A stretch of 63,964 nucleotides of DNA, counting the filler, from an uncultured Myxococcia bacterium (GTDB lineage: Bacteria > CAZTWC01), in the NCBI GenBank assembly GCA_964617105.1. It is 11 parts of 11 records of this genome, joined end to end, with 100 filler letters (N's around TTAATTAATTAA, not from the genome) between each part and the next. Parts side by side here need not be neighbours in the genome. Positions count along the whole stretch, not along the records: positions 48,340 to 54,132 come from CAZTWC010000245.1; positions 54,233 to 59,996 come from CAZTWC010000246.1; positions 60,097 to 63,964 come from CAZTWC010000341.1; 8 more parts are not named here. The stretch is one strand, 5' to 3'. Below, one piece after another: positions 50,544-60,311 of the stretch. How positions within the stretch are numbered: position 1 is the first letter of the stretch; each line of letters starts with the position of its first letter. The translations under genes and the position numbers were made by a program. A model generated the notes under the pieces. It had not been told where the DNA came from. It was given only the letters and a program-made list of their open reading frames with translations, and did no database searches.

Positions 50544-53338
50544 TCAACCTTCTCCCGATAAACTACCAATGAGCGCCGCATGGCCAGGTCATCGGTCTGC
50601 CTGGCGATAATATTGATAAAATTCTTTCCCTCTTCCAGAGGTATTGTAGCTGAAAAAGGTAGTTGAAAATTTTTACCGCCATTTTTGGGGGAGTTACTCC
50701 CTTTCTGGTAAAACACCTTTTTCTCGTTGGCAAAAATCATAACATCTTTAATGGCCAGACGATTTTTAACCAACCCGCTGATAGGAATCGACAGGGTTGA
50801 ATTAGGTTGGTTTTTAAGGAGATGAGCGATAGAAATCTGAGGTGACTGCCAGGGCATATCCATCTGGCTGATAGCCAATTTTTTACCTTTTAAACATTTA
50901 CCCTTGCTTTTTGTGGCAGAATTACTGCTTTTATTGACCTTCAGGTTAATGGTCTGCATATATTGCTCCAACAACTTGTTGTCAGTTATGAAAAATCGCA
51001 TCTTTAAATTATCTTTGATATAATCTTTTTTTACTTTTACGGTAAACCGGGCAACCGCAAAGGCTCCAGGCTTCAACTTGTCTAACTTCACCCTCCCCTT
51101 TTCAATATAAACACTTTTACCCTCCAGATTTTTTATGGAACTTACCAACTCCTGAAACTCACCGCCACCATTGCTTTTGATAACAAAAACCAAACCTATT
51201 CTCTCCCCTTTGTCAATCTTTCCATTACAATTACCGCTGCAACAGTCATCCATAAGATAGTTAAAACTTATCGAAGGTCTGCCCAAAGCCTGGATAGGGA
51301 CATTGAACTTTACCTTTTCAGGCGTATTTTTATTTAACTCGTGAAAACTCAATTTAACAGGATCGGTTCGCTGCATAGCATCCTGAGGAATTTTGACACT
51401 AATCTCCCTGGTTTTTTCCTGGCCAGGTGATAGTTTGCCAAATACAAACTCTTTTCCCCGAAAAATATAGTATTCCGAATTGGTCACCCCATAAAGGCGG
51501 AAAAAGGTTCCTTTGCCAGTGTTTTTAACTGTGACCTTTATTTTTATCTCCTCTCCGGCGGTGATGGGTGGAGGAGTGGGATCCACAATTTTATAGGACA
51601 CCTGAGCAGAAACCTTTTGAGAACTAACTCCCTTGGACCAGTCGATCCCTACCTTTTTAAAAGCCTGGACAATTTTCTTCTCCTGTTCCATCTTGGTCTG
51701 CTCAAAAACACTTTTGCAGCTCTTGAGTTGGGCCATACGATCCGCCTGTGCACTGCATTTGATAATTTTTTCCGCCAATTTTATGGGAAAATCTTCCCTT
51801 ATCTTCTCGTCCACCACCTTCTCTTCATCGGTTTTGTGGTTTTTCTCCAGAAAAACCAGACTCTCAAGCGCCTGGCTTTTTTTAAGCTTAGAAGTGGAGA
51901 GGTAGTTTTTCAAGTCAGTCTCTCTAGGCAACATTTTTTCTGCCCCGATATGGATATCATCTTTTTTGATTCTGATTGGTTCAAGTTGCACATCCGGAGT
52001 GATACCCACCGACTGAATCGATTGATCCCCAGGAGTCAAATACTCTGCCACTGTTAACTTCAAGGCAGATTCATCACTAAAATCGTAGAGCATCTGCACC
52101 GAGCCTTTGCCAAAAGTCTGGGCTCCTATCACCAGCCCCCGTTCATTGTTCTTAATAGCGCCTGCCACGATCTCAGAAGCACTGGCGCTGCCGCTGTTAA
52201 CCAGCACCACCAGGGGATAGTTCTGCAAAGTTCCATCTGCAGTGGCCGACTTCTCATCCCTATGCTTGCCTCCAATCCCTTCGGTAATCACGATCATCCC
52301 TTTGGATAAAAAATTATCCGACACTTTGATGGCCTGGTCTAAAAGTCCGCCTGGATTGTCGCGCATATCGATAATCAACCCTTTTAATTTTTTGGACTTG
52401 GTTTCCAGTTTGGTCAGATGGGCTTTAAAATCGCGCTGGGTATTCTCCTGAAAGGCCTTGATCCTAAAATACCCAATATCGCCCGGCAACAATTTACTCT
52501 TAATGCTCTTGATCTTGATAACCGCCCGTTTGAGAGTAGTTTTCTTGGGCTCGCTAAACCCCTTACGCATAATATAGATGTTAATGAAGGTGCCAGGTTT
52601 GCCCCTCATCCGGTTTACCGCCTGGTTTAGACTCATACTTACGGTAGATTCATCCTCAATCCTGGTAATCACATCCTGGGCCTTGAGACCGGCTCTGAAA
52701 GCAGGCGTGCCTTCAATAGGAGATATGATGGTCAAAACGCCATTTCTGATCGAAATAACAATTCCCAATCCCCCGAATTCTCCCCGGGTGCCCAGCTTCA
52801 TTTCCCGAAACACTTCTGGAATCATAAAAGCACTGTGGGGGTCCAAAACACTCACCAGGCCGGCAATAGCAGCATATTCGATCTTTTCCGGCTCCTCCAG
52901 GTTGGGTATTTTGTCTTCAATAAATTTTAAAATCTGTTTCAAAGTAAAGGAGATGGTCCATATACTTATATGTTTACCCAGTTCAAACTCTTTTCGATTG
53001 TCAAGGATCCTCACCTTGATTTTTTTGGGAAATTTGTCCAGATCGATCATCAACTCCGGTACCTGGCGTTGAATAGCCTGCAGGCTAGCCTTAAACATCT
53101 CTTTAGGCTTAATCCATTCAGGTTTTAAATAGCGCTGGTTAATCAGCACCACCGTCTGATCAAAGATTTTCAGGTCGGTAAAATTGGTTTTTTTATTATT
53201 GCCCAGAGAATTAAACAGGTCGGTAAAGCCGAACATGGCCAGACAACTGAATAATATTAAGGTTATTAATATATATTTTGGATAAAATTTTCCGGTAAAT
53301 ACAGACATAATATTTTTTCCTTGTTTATTGAAATGCAT
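50540..53338 (-). CDS. C-terminal processing protease (S41, PDZ) with long Ig-like C-terminal extension, MXAN_5808-like (start 53308 or 53338)
   Basis: LDPHS, GEFGGLGI, PDZ, DMRDNPGGLL, SASASE, TFGKGSVQ, YLTP; then V.N.G.G beta-sandwich repeats. Confidence 0.9.
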   Translation of the reverse strand: MHFNKQGKNIMSVFTGKFYPKYILITLILFSCLAMFGFTDLFNSLGNNKKTNFTDLKIFDQTVVLINQRYLKPEWIKPKEMFKASLQAIQRQVPELMIDLDKFPKKIKVRILDNRKEFELGKHISIWTISFTLKQILKFIEDKIPNLEEPEKIEYAAIAGLVSVLDPHSAFMIPEVFREMKLGTRGEFGGLGIVISIRNGVLTIISPIEGTPAFRAGLKAQDVITRIEDESTVSMSLNQAVNRMRGKPGTFINIYIMRKGFSEPKKTTLKRAVIKIKSIKSKLLPGDIGYFRIKAFQENTQRDFKAHLTKLETKSKKLKGLIIDMRDNPGGLLDQAIKVSDNFLSKGMIVITEGIGGKHRDEKSATADGTLQNYPLVVLVNSGSASASEIVAGAIKNNERGLVIGAQTFGKGSVQMLYDFSDESALKLTVAEYLTPGDQSIQSVGITPDVQLEPIRIKKDDIHIGAEKMLPRETDLKNYLSTSKLKKSQALESLVFLEKNHKTDEEKVVDEKIREDFPIKLAEKIIKCSAQADRMAQLKSCKSVFEQTKMEQEKKIVQAFKKVGIDWSKGVSSQKVSAQVSYKIVDPTPPPITAGEEIKIKVTVKNTGKGTFFRLYGVTNSEYYIFRGKEFVFGKLSPGQEKTREISVKIPQDAMQRTDPVKLSFHELNKNTPEKVKFNVPIQALGRPSISFNYLMDDCCSGNCNGKIDKGERIGLVFVIKSNGGGEFQELVSSIKNLEGKSVYIEKGRVKLDKLKPGAFAVARFTVKVKKDYIKDNLKMRFFITDNKLLEQYMQTINLKVNKSSNSATKSKGKCLKGKKLAISQMDMPWQSPQISIAHLLKNQPNSTLSIPISGLVKNRLAIKDVMIFANEKKVFYQKGSNSPKNGGKNFQLPFSATIPLEEGKNFINIIARQTDDLAMRRSLVVYREKVE

Positions 53339-53450
53339 CAATATTTTCTTGGTTTGATAGACATTGCCAAATATATCAAATTTACCGCACTTTGGCCAAC
53401 TTTTATAGTATAATATCACTCTGACCCATATCGAGAGCAGTGATAGTGGA

Positions 53451-53485
53451 AATCTGACTCCTAACACCTAATACCTGACACCTAA
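53451..53485 (+). repeat. Five degenerate 7-bp tandem repeats (AATCTGA CTCCTAA CACCTAA TACCTGA CACCTAA)
   Basis: Direct reading, immediately upstream of the methylase start. Confidence 0.55.
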
Positions 53486-53489
53486 TTTT

Positions 53490-54132
53490 ATGCGCCTATT
53501 AGAAAAGCACCTTCCCCAAAATACTCAAGTCGATTTTATGTCTTACGAGGGAAAAATTATTCCCAGGTATACCAATGAATTTTGGACCTCCAAACAACGG
53601 CAGGCTGCCCGCTTACACGAAATCGCCTACCGGGCTTGCTTCAAGCCTCAGTTACCCAGGTTTTTCATCAAAATTTTCAGCCGTCGAGGAAGCCGTATTT
53701 ACGATCCATTCAGTGGCCGGGGCACTACTGCAGTGGAATCAGCCCTGCTGAAACGCAATCCAATTGCCAACGACCTCAATCCGCTAGCCGAAATAATTAC
53801 CCGGCCCCGTCTATCCCCTCCCAGGTTGGAAAAGATTGAAAAGCGGCTGGAAAATATCCCTATGCTGGAAAATGCCAAAGCAAACCGGGATCTAACCATG
53901 TTCTACCATCCCCAAACCCTGTCCCAGATAGTTTCTTTGAAAAACTACCTGCTGAATCGTCAAAATCAAGGTCAATTCGATCTTATTGACGCCTGGATCA
54001 GGATGGTGGCCACCAACCGCCTCTCCGGGCACTCTAAAGGTTTTTTTTCAGTCTATACTCTACCCCCCAACCAGGCGGTTTCTCCAGAACGGCAAATAAA
54101 ACTGAACCAAAAAAGGGATCTGGTGCCCCCTT
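53490..54132 (+). CDS. Amino (N4/N6) DNA methyltransferase, N-terminal part
   Basis: LHEIAYRACFKPQLP.FFI, YDPFSGRGTT (SAM motif I), NDLNP. Confidence 0.8.
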
Positions 54133-54232
54133 NNNNNNNNNNNNNNNNNNNNNNNNNNNNNNNNNNNNNNNNNNNNTTAATTAATTAANNNNNNNNNNNN
54201 NNNNNNNNNNNNNNNNNNNNNNNNNNNNNNNN

Positions 54233-54668
54233 CAGTTCAGTCACTATTGGAGGCAGCCTGAACCATAAAGTGCTGGGCACCACCCAGACGGCCACAGTGG
54301 GTCCCAAGCAGGAAATTATCGGTGGGGCTTACTCCATGGTTGTGGCGAATGGTCCCACCCCTCAACCTAATGCCTGGTCAGTTGATGCTGCTATGGGAAA
54401 TATTTCCATCAACACTATGGCCGGGCAGATCAAAATAGGTGGCAAGAGCGCTATATCACCGGCTGTTCTGGGCACTGAACTTGTAGCCAGTTTACAGGCT
54501 CTTATCCAGATTTTTACCAGCAATGCAGCGGCAATCACCGGCCCCTGTTCAGTGGGGTCGCCAGCCCAACTTTCACCTGCAGTTGTTACTGCACTCTCTT
54601 CCTGGGCAGGTTCTCTGGCAAACATATTGTCACAGTGTGTGATGCTTAAAAAATTACCCGCAGGATAA
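54233..54668 (+). CDS. Baseplate spike (gp5/gpV-like) C-terminal fragment
   Basis: beta-helix-like repeats (VTIGG, EIIGG, IKIGG) and a PAVLG.EL...L...ILS..V tail; open from the contig start. Confidence 0.6.
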
Positions 54669-54683
54669 AAGGAGACTCGAACT

Positions 54684-54926
54684 ATGACCGAGTGGGAACA
54701 GATCAAGATGGAAACTCAGTTAAACAACATGAGAACTTTTGCCGAAATGCTACGGGAAAGTGCTCTCTGTCATGTTCAGTTGGAGGCCCAACGGCTCCAA
54801 AAAATGGCGGTAAACCTGGCCAAGGTAATGCCTGCCAATGTCAAGGGCAAGGATAAAAGTAAAGACAATGGTAATGGCAAGAGCAAGAACAAAGCAAAAG
54901 AGACGAACACTGTTAAAGGAAATTAA
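54684..54926 (+). CDS. Hypothetical phage protein with low-complexity Lys/Asn tail
   Basis: AAGGAG RBS; in operon. Confidence 0.55.
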   Translation: MTEWEQIKMETQLNNMRTFAEMLRESALCHVQLEAQRLQKMAVNLAKVMPANVKGKDKSKDNGNGKSKNKAKETNTVKGN

Positions 54927-54941
54927 CAAGGGAAATAGACA

Positions 54942-55889
54942 ATGTCTGATTGGCAGCAATGCGACCTGAATAGCCTGGTTCCTGGGCAAATCCAGCAAGC
55001 AGTGGATACGGTGGGAACTCTGTCCGATACTGCCTCCACCGGACTAAAAACTGCTGCTGGTGGCCTAAAAGTATTGTCATCGCTGGTTGTGGAGGCCAAT
55101 GACCCGCTGAGTGCTGCCATCAATAATATTACCAGCCGCATTGATTCTCTAGTGGATATTGCCTTCAACACCCTTCAAACCGGTGTCTATTTTTATGCCG
55201 ACGGTGGTCCTCTGATATCAGGTGGCGAACCCGATGGCGTGCCCGGTTTTATCTCTCGCCTGGATGCATCACTGCGTGATCCTGGCGATGATAACAGCCC
55301 CCAGTTCAGGGATTCATCCCAGGTGGAGGCAGTAATACTGTGCGCTGGCGCCGAGTCTATTATGAACCTTTTGCCAATGCTGAAGTTGATGGGTGAATTG
55401 TTTGGCATCCAGAAGTTCAAAGACGCCTGCCACAGGCTGGCCAATGCCCACAACACCTTGCCAGAGGAGATCTATTGGAGTATGCCCTCACCACCTGATT
55501 GGCAGTCTGGCAAAATGCGGGACTATCTTCCCCCTCTGGCGGAGATTGACGAGTTACTGGAGCAAATTCTGGGAATGACCCGGACGGCCAGAGGAGTGGG
55601 TGATTTTCTTGGAGAAGTGGCCCAGATATTGGACGAAAAAGCCAACATTCTTTTGGAAATGGCAGATGAAACTAAAAAACTCGCTGATAGTCTTGAGGCG
55701 CTTATATCCACACCGGGGATGAAAGGTCTGCACATTAAGACCAATGGCGGCAATGAGGGCTTTATTGAGGAGATAAAACAGGCCAAGAATCCTCCATCTT
55801 GGCACTACGATAGTTGGGTAGTGGGAGTAGTGCTCTTGGGCGGCAGTGGTGACTTTGCCAAGATCCCAGGGCTGTTTGGTTTCTCCTGA
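54942..55889 (+). CDS. Hypothetical helical phage/baseplate-associated protein
   Basis: 315 aa with RBS, between the spike and the gp25-like gene. Confidence 0.7.
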   Translation: MSDWQQCDLNSLVPGQIQQAVDTVGTLSDTASTGLKTAAGGLKVLSSLVVEANDPLSAAINNITSRIDSLVDIAFNTLQTGVYFYADGGPLISGGEPDGVPGFISRLDASLRDPGDDNSPQFRDSSQVEAVILCAGAESIMNLLPMLKLMGELFGIQKFKDACHRLANAHNTLPEEIYWSMPSPPDWQSGKMRDYLPPLAEIDELLEQILGMTRTARGVGDFLGEVAQILDEKANILLEMADETKKLADSLEALISTPGMKGLHIKTNGGNEGFIEEIKQAKNPPSWHYDSWVVGVVLLGGSGDFAKIPGLFGFS

Positions 55890-55929
55890 TTGCCGGGGTT
55901 GATAGTAGCATAGTGGGGTGAATTAGGAG

Positions 55930-56328
55930 ATGAGCATGGAGTTTGAAAACCAGCACCTGGGCATTGACCTGATTTTAGACGGCCAGGGGGAACTAGTGGT
56001 GTCGCCTTCAGGTGATTTGGCTCTGACTCAGGACGGAAGGATGTCGCTTATGCAAGATATTAAAAATCTTCTCCAGACCTTACCAGGTGATCTCTTTTCT
56101 CATCCTGAATATGGATGCGGCCTGGAGAGGTTGCTGGGAGATGACCGGGACCAAAAATTGATTGATCGGACAATTGGCGATGCTCTTTTATACAACCAGG
56201 CTGTTGCCACCCGAATAGAGGATGGCCGGGTGCTTTGTAAAGCACAAAAGGTAGAGAGAGATAACGGCCAAGTTGAAATTGAGATCGAGGTGGATGGCAT
56301 CACTGAAGTGGCTACATATCATTCATAA
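55930..56328 (+). CDS. Baseplate wedge / sheath initiator (gp25/GPW/DUF2634-like)
   Basis: SGDLAL..G...LMQDI...LQT.PGDLFSHPEYGCGL. Confidence 0.75.
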   Translation: MSMEFENQHLGIDLILDGQGELVVSPSGDLALTQDGRMSLMQDIKNLLQTLPGDLFSHPEYGCGLERLLGDDRDQKLIDRTIGDALLYNQAVATRIEDGRVLCKAQKVERDNGQVEIEIEVDGITEVATYHS

Positions 56329-56386
56329 TAGGTGACTCATAACAAGTGGGTTGAAGGGATAGATTAAATGACCGGAGGATTTAGAG

Positions 56387-57520
56387 ATGGAGTTTAAAAC
56401 CTACGACCAGATCGTTGCCCAGATGATTGAGGGATTGAAAGATAAGACTTCACTATCAAATTTCAATCCTGGCTCTATTATCAGGACCATCACTGAGGTT
56501 TATGCCAATGTATCGGCTGAACTCTACGAGATGATCGGCCGGGTGTTGAAACAGGCTTATCTCCAAACTGCCACCGACTATTTCCTCGATTTAAAAGCCA
56601 AGGAATTTGGCATTGAGCGTAAGTGTGCCACTAAGACCGAGGGCAAAGTTACGTTTTTTACTAAACTCAAGCAGCCGGCCAAAGCCAATATCCCCATTCC
56701 CATGGGTAGCATTGTGGCCACCGGAGTCGATGGGACGGGTAAAGAATACCGTTTTATCACCACCAAAAAGATGGTGCTCCTGAAGGGTAACAGGTCAATT
56801 ACTGTTCCGGTGATCGCAGAAGCAGCAGGTGCTGGCCACAATGTTGGACCCAACTCTATTTACCGAATGAAAACCTTTATCAAAGGCATTGCTGAGGTTG
56901 TCAACCGGCCGGAGTGGTTGACTAGTGAAGGAACTGACCGAGAGAGTGACGATGCATTGCGGGAGAGAACATTTCTGGCCTGGGATCAGTTGGCTCGGGG
57001 AAGCACCAAACAATCCTACATTTCCTGGGCAATAGGGGTGAACGGTGTAAAGAAAGTCTGGGTAAATGACAACCTGCCCCGGGGACAAGGCACACTCGAC
57101 ATCTACCTCCTTGGTGAATCGGGTATGCCCTCCCAGGCTCTACTCACCAGGGCGCAGAGTATTATCGACAAAAACAAGCCTCTCTGTGCTGATGTGCTGG
57201 TCCGGGCACCGTCACCGGTTTATGTCTCTGTTCAGGCATTTGTCACCATAAAAAAGGGATACAGCACCCAGGTTGCTGAAGCGGAGATTCTAAGACGGTT
57301 GGATATCTATTTTTCAGGTGATGAAGATATGGATTTGGACTGGCTAAAACCATTGGGCGTTGGCATGGATGTGATCTCCATGCAGTTGGCGGAGCTAATT
57401 ATGAGTGTTGATGGTGTTCATAATATCGACCTTAAATGCCCCAGGCAAGATTTGAAAATAAACTCTTTTGAATATGCTGTGCCCGGCAGTATCAACCTCA
57501 CTTTTGGAGTAGATGGTTAA
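56387..57520 (+). CDS. Baseplate J/gp47 family protein
   Basis: NFNPGSIIRT..E, TAT..FLD, V.A..AG..HNV, GTDRESDDALRER, Y.SWA..VNGV, GTLDI. Confidence 0.92.
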   Translation: MEFKTYDQIVAQMIEGLKDKTSLSNFNPGSIIRTITEVYANVSAELYEMIGRVLKQAYLQTATDYFLDLKAKEFGIERKCATKTEGKVTFFTKLKQPAKANIPIPMGSIVATGVDGTGKEYRFITTKKMVLLKGNRSITVPVIAEAAGAGHNVGPNSIYRMKTFIKGIAEVVNRPEWLTSEGTDRESDDALRERTFLAWDQLARGSTKQSYISWAIGVNGVKKVWVNDNLPRGQGTLDIYLLGESGMPSQALLTRAQSIIDKNKPLCADVLVRAPSPVYVSVQAFVTIKKGYSTQVAEAEILRRLDIYFSGDEDMDLDWLKPLGVGMDVISMQLAELIMSVDGVHNIDLKCPRQDLKINSFEYAVPGSINLTFGVDG

Positions 57521-58173
57521 TGGCTGAACAGTCTAAACAAATTGAAAAATTTGCTGAAACCACAGAGAAACTGGCCGACTACCTTTGGTGGCTGTTGCCT
57601 GTGTTTTTCAAAAAGAAGGCCAAACACGAGTCCGGGCTTTACCCCATGCTGGAGGTGTTTGGCAAAGGACTCGATGATGTGAGGGCACAAATTTTATTGT
57701 CCTCCAAGCAGTTTGCTGCCAAGACAGCCAAAGGTGAGTATTTGGAGAGCATTGGTCTGGCCTATGGCACTTATCGGCTACCGGACGAAAATGACCGAAA
57801 ACTGCGGAAGAGAATTATGACTGCCTTTGAGAAAAAGCAAAAAGAGGGGACAGCTGCCGGGCTGATAGAGGCACTAAATGACCTGGGCTTTAAAGTGACA
57901 ATAGATGAACTATATAGGAAAAACCGTCACCGTTGGGCTGAGTTTATCGTCAGGATTCTCAAGTGGGACGGCAAGTTTTCCCAGGACAATTTTTATGCAG
58001 AGGTAAACCGAATGAAACCAGCCCATACCAGGATGGTAGCTGATCCCGCCGTGGTGCTGGATACCTGGGATGATGGAGGTGTTCTCGACCAAGGGCAGGA
58101 GATAGAGGTTAGTCCTAGTCCTGGGGCTGGACCTGCTTGGTCAAACTATTTTGATTCCTGGAGGCTGCCATGA
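57520..58173 (+). CDS. Baseplate/tail protein (P2 gpI-like)
   Basis: LLP..F, TAKGEYLE.IG, R.PDE.D..LR.RI, GT..G, KPAHT. Confidence 0.8.
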   Translation: MAEQSKQIEKFAETTEKLADYLWWLLPVFFKKKAKHESGLYPMLEVFGKGLDDVRAQILLSSKQFAAKTAKGEYLESIGLAYGTYRLPDENDRKLRKRIMTAFEKKQKEGTAAGLIEALNDLGFKVTIDELYRKNRHRWAEFIVRILKWDGKFSQDNFYAEVNRMKPAHTRMVADPAVVLDTWDDGGVLDQGQEIEVSPSPGAGPAWSNYFDSWRLP

Positions 58174-59714
58174 GTCAAGAGAGAATATTTGATTATCGGG
58201 CCCCCAGATCAACCCATTTGCTGAACAACAAGTTTGTGGGACTGATGCCGCCGGGTGTTTACAATGGTTATCATGTCTCCACTGCTGGAGAGATTAGCCC
58301 AGGGGTGCTGTTGACAAAAGATGGAGTCAAAATATCTGAGGATTGGCCGGTCAAGGTTAATATTCCTCCCAATAACTCTAGTCACCCGCGGACTGACCTG
58401 ATCTTTTGCAGCCACGAGTATGTCCAGACTGTGCCTCCACCTGCGGCTATTTACGAAATAATCGAGGGTAATCCCGGGCCGGAAACACCAGTGCCACATT
58501 TACCCGACAAGGCGATTTTACTTGCTGTTGGCACCATTCTCCCTGGTAGCGACAGATACTCAAATGTCCGCCAGGCGGGACCGCCTGACTACGCTGTTAA
58601 TGCTTGTTTTAATGGTAATAGCAGCGGTAATGGTAATAACAATGGCATTATTGTTGATGTGGATACTGATAATACTGCTGCAAATGCTCCTGCTTGGCGA
58701 ATTATCAAAGGTGATCTGGCCGCCTTCAGGACTAAATGGGATATCAACACTGGAGAAATCTTCCATTATGCTGTTGCTCCAGGCAAATTAAGAGACAACG
58801 ATATCATCGACTGGGGCAAACCTGTTCTAACCGTGTCGGCGGATGGGGTCAATCAGATACTGGATCTGGCCGGCCAGGGCAGGACTACTGAAACAGTAAA
58901 AGTAAATGCCGATAATATTGCCGCAGAAATCGCTAACCGGAAAACTATTACTGATGCCATCAAGGCATCTCTCCTGACCGAGAGCCTACAGCGGGAGAGC
59001 ACGGATTCACTTATCCAGAATCAGTTCAAATTAGTCCAGGGCTCCCTGGGCTGGAACGATCCTCCTGTCGATTCCATTGCCGGACTAAATAATAGGATAT
59101 CTACCATTGAAACTGCTGATGGCGGTGGCCTTCCCAACCACGGCAAAAGGCACGAGGCTGGTGGTGCTGACCAGGTTGACTTTGACAAATTGGCTGATGG
59201 CAAAAAATTTAAAAAGATGACCGCCCAAGAGCGGACAAAAATCCAGAAATCTTACAGCCATACCAATAACCAGGCCATACACTTGTCATCCAGCCAGGTA
59301 AATGACCTGACCGGAGGGCAGAACTCGAAAATCCACTGTCACGATGATATTTACGGTCGCAAAGATAAACTGCAGGAAGCCATCGATGCTAAGTCTGACT
59401 GGTTTCACAACCACGACAACCGGTATCTTTACAAGATATTCTCCAAATCAATAACTCTGACGCCAAGCAAGGACCAACTGGTCACCACTTTGGATCTACC
59501 ACCCGATCACATCGCTCTGTCTTATAACTATGTGAACGATAAAAATCTACCGGAGCAGCCAACCTACGCCATGGGTGCTCATACTACTAAAATTCACTGC
59601 CTGGTGATGAAAAAATCAAATGGTAATAGCACTGACAAAGATTACCAAATTTTTCTCTGGAACAAAAGTGATTACAAACTGTGGATCAACATTGACATCT
59701 TTGGCATTGATTAA
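58170..59714 (+). CDS. Tail fibre protein
   Basis: N-terminal GVYNG...PRTDLI baseplate anchor, coiled coil, HEAGGAD, HCHDDIY and HNHDNRY fibre motifs. Confidence 0.75.
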   Translation: MSQERIFDYRAPRSTHLLNNKFVGLMPPGVYNGYHVSTAGEISPGVLLTKDGVKISEDWPVKVNIPPNNSSHPRTDLIFCSHEYVQTVPPPAAIYEIIEGNPGPETPVPHLPDKAILLAVGTILPGSDRYSNVRQAGPPDYAVNACFNGNSSGNGNNNGIIVDVDTDNTAANAPAWRIIKGDLAAFRTKWDINTGEIFHYAVAPGKLRDNDIIDWGKPVLTVSADGVNQILDLAGQGRTTETVKVNADNIAAEIANRKTITDAIKASLLTESLQRESTDSLIQNQFKLVQGSLGWNDPPVDSIAGLNNRISTIETADGGGLPNHGKRHEAGGADQVDFDKLADGKKFKKMTAQERTKIQKSYSHTNNQAIHLSSSQVNDLTGGQNSKIHCHDDIYGRKDKLQEAIDAKSDWFHNHDNRYLYKIFSKSITLTPSKDQLVTTLDLPPDHIALSYNYVNDKNLPEQPTYAMGAHTTKIHCLVMKKSNGNSTDKDYQIFLWNKSDYKLWINIDIFGID

Positions 59715-59737
59715 GGTGAATTTGAAAATGGTGATGA

Positions 59738-59996
59738 ATGACGGCAAACTTCAGAGAACTATTCATCAGCACCATCCAGTGTATTGATGACCCGGGATTA
59801 GATGAAATGGTCAGGTTTGTGGCGTCTGATCCATTACCCTGCTGGGGTGCTATCTACGAGCGATTTACCTGGCTAAACATTGGCAACCAAGCCCTGAAAA
59901 ACTTAATTGACCGGTGGATCACAGAGCCCGATTGCGCCAGGTTTCTATTGCTGCTGATTAAATTCAAACAAACAGACCCGGAGATGATGGATTTTT
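59738..59996 (+). CDS. Hypothetical protein downstream of the tail fibre (truncated)
   Basis: Open to the contig end, co-oriented. Confidence 0.5.
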
Positions 59997-60096
59997 NNNN
60001 NNNNNNNNNNNNNNNNNNNNNNNNNNNNNNNNNNNNNNNNTTAATTAATTAANNNNNNNNNNNNNNNNNNNNNNNNNNNNNNNNNNNNNNNNNNNN

Positions 60097-60302
60097 TTTT
60101 TATCTAGTTCCCGAAATTTTTTTATAGGTTCTTTATCTTTTGCTTTGATTATTTGGGAATAGAGTTGTTTAAGTTGTTGATATTCTTTATTAAGGTTGGC
60201 CTGGCCCGGTTTTACAGGTTTGGCCAAGAGTAGCAGGGGAATGAGAAAAATCAACAACCCTGGAATTATCCAAAATCGGTTAATGAAATATATGTACCTC
60301 AC
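60097..60302 (-). CDS. Hypothetical exported protein, N-terminal fragment
   Basis: Signal-peptide-like start directly downstream of the MCP. Confidence 0.45.
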
Positions 60303-60311
60303 GGTTTAGAG

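Larger units (their letters stand above)
54233..59996 (+). mobile_element. Phage-like contractile tail baseplate/fibre module (prophage, tailocin or eCIS fragment)
   Basis: Co-oriented spike, gp25-like, baseplate J, gpI-like and tail fibre genes; visibly more GC-rich than neighbouring contigs. Confidence 0.8.

Noticed and set aside
53490..54132. Restriction-modification system or prophage-borne methylase
   Set aside because: Truncated at the contig end with no nuclease visible; adjacency to the phage contig is artificial.
58170..59714. Diversity-generating retroelement or invertible tail-fibre cassette
   Set aside because: No reverse transcriptase, invertase or template/variable repeat pair seen.
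6087..60096. Ten regularly spaced TTAATTAATTAA palindromes
   Set aside because: Artificial six-frame-stop linkers inside N runs; cross-linker gene adjacencies are not biological.
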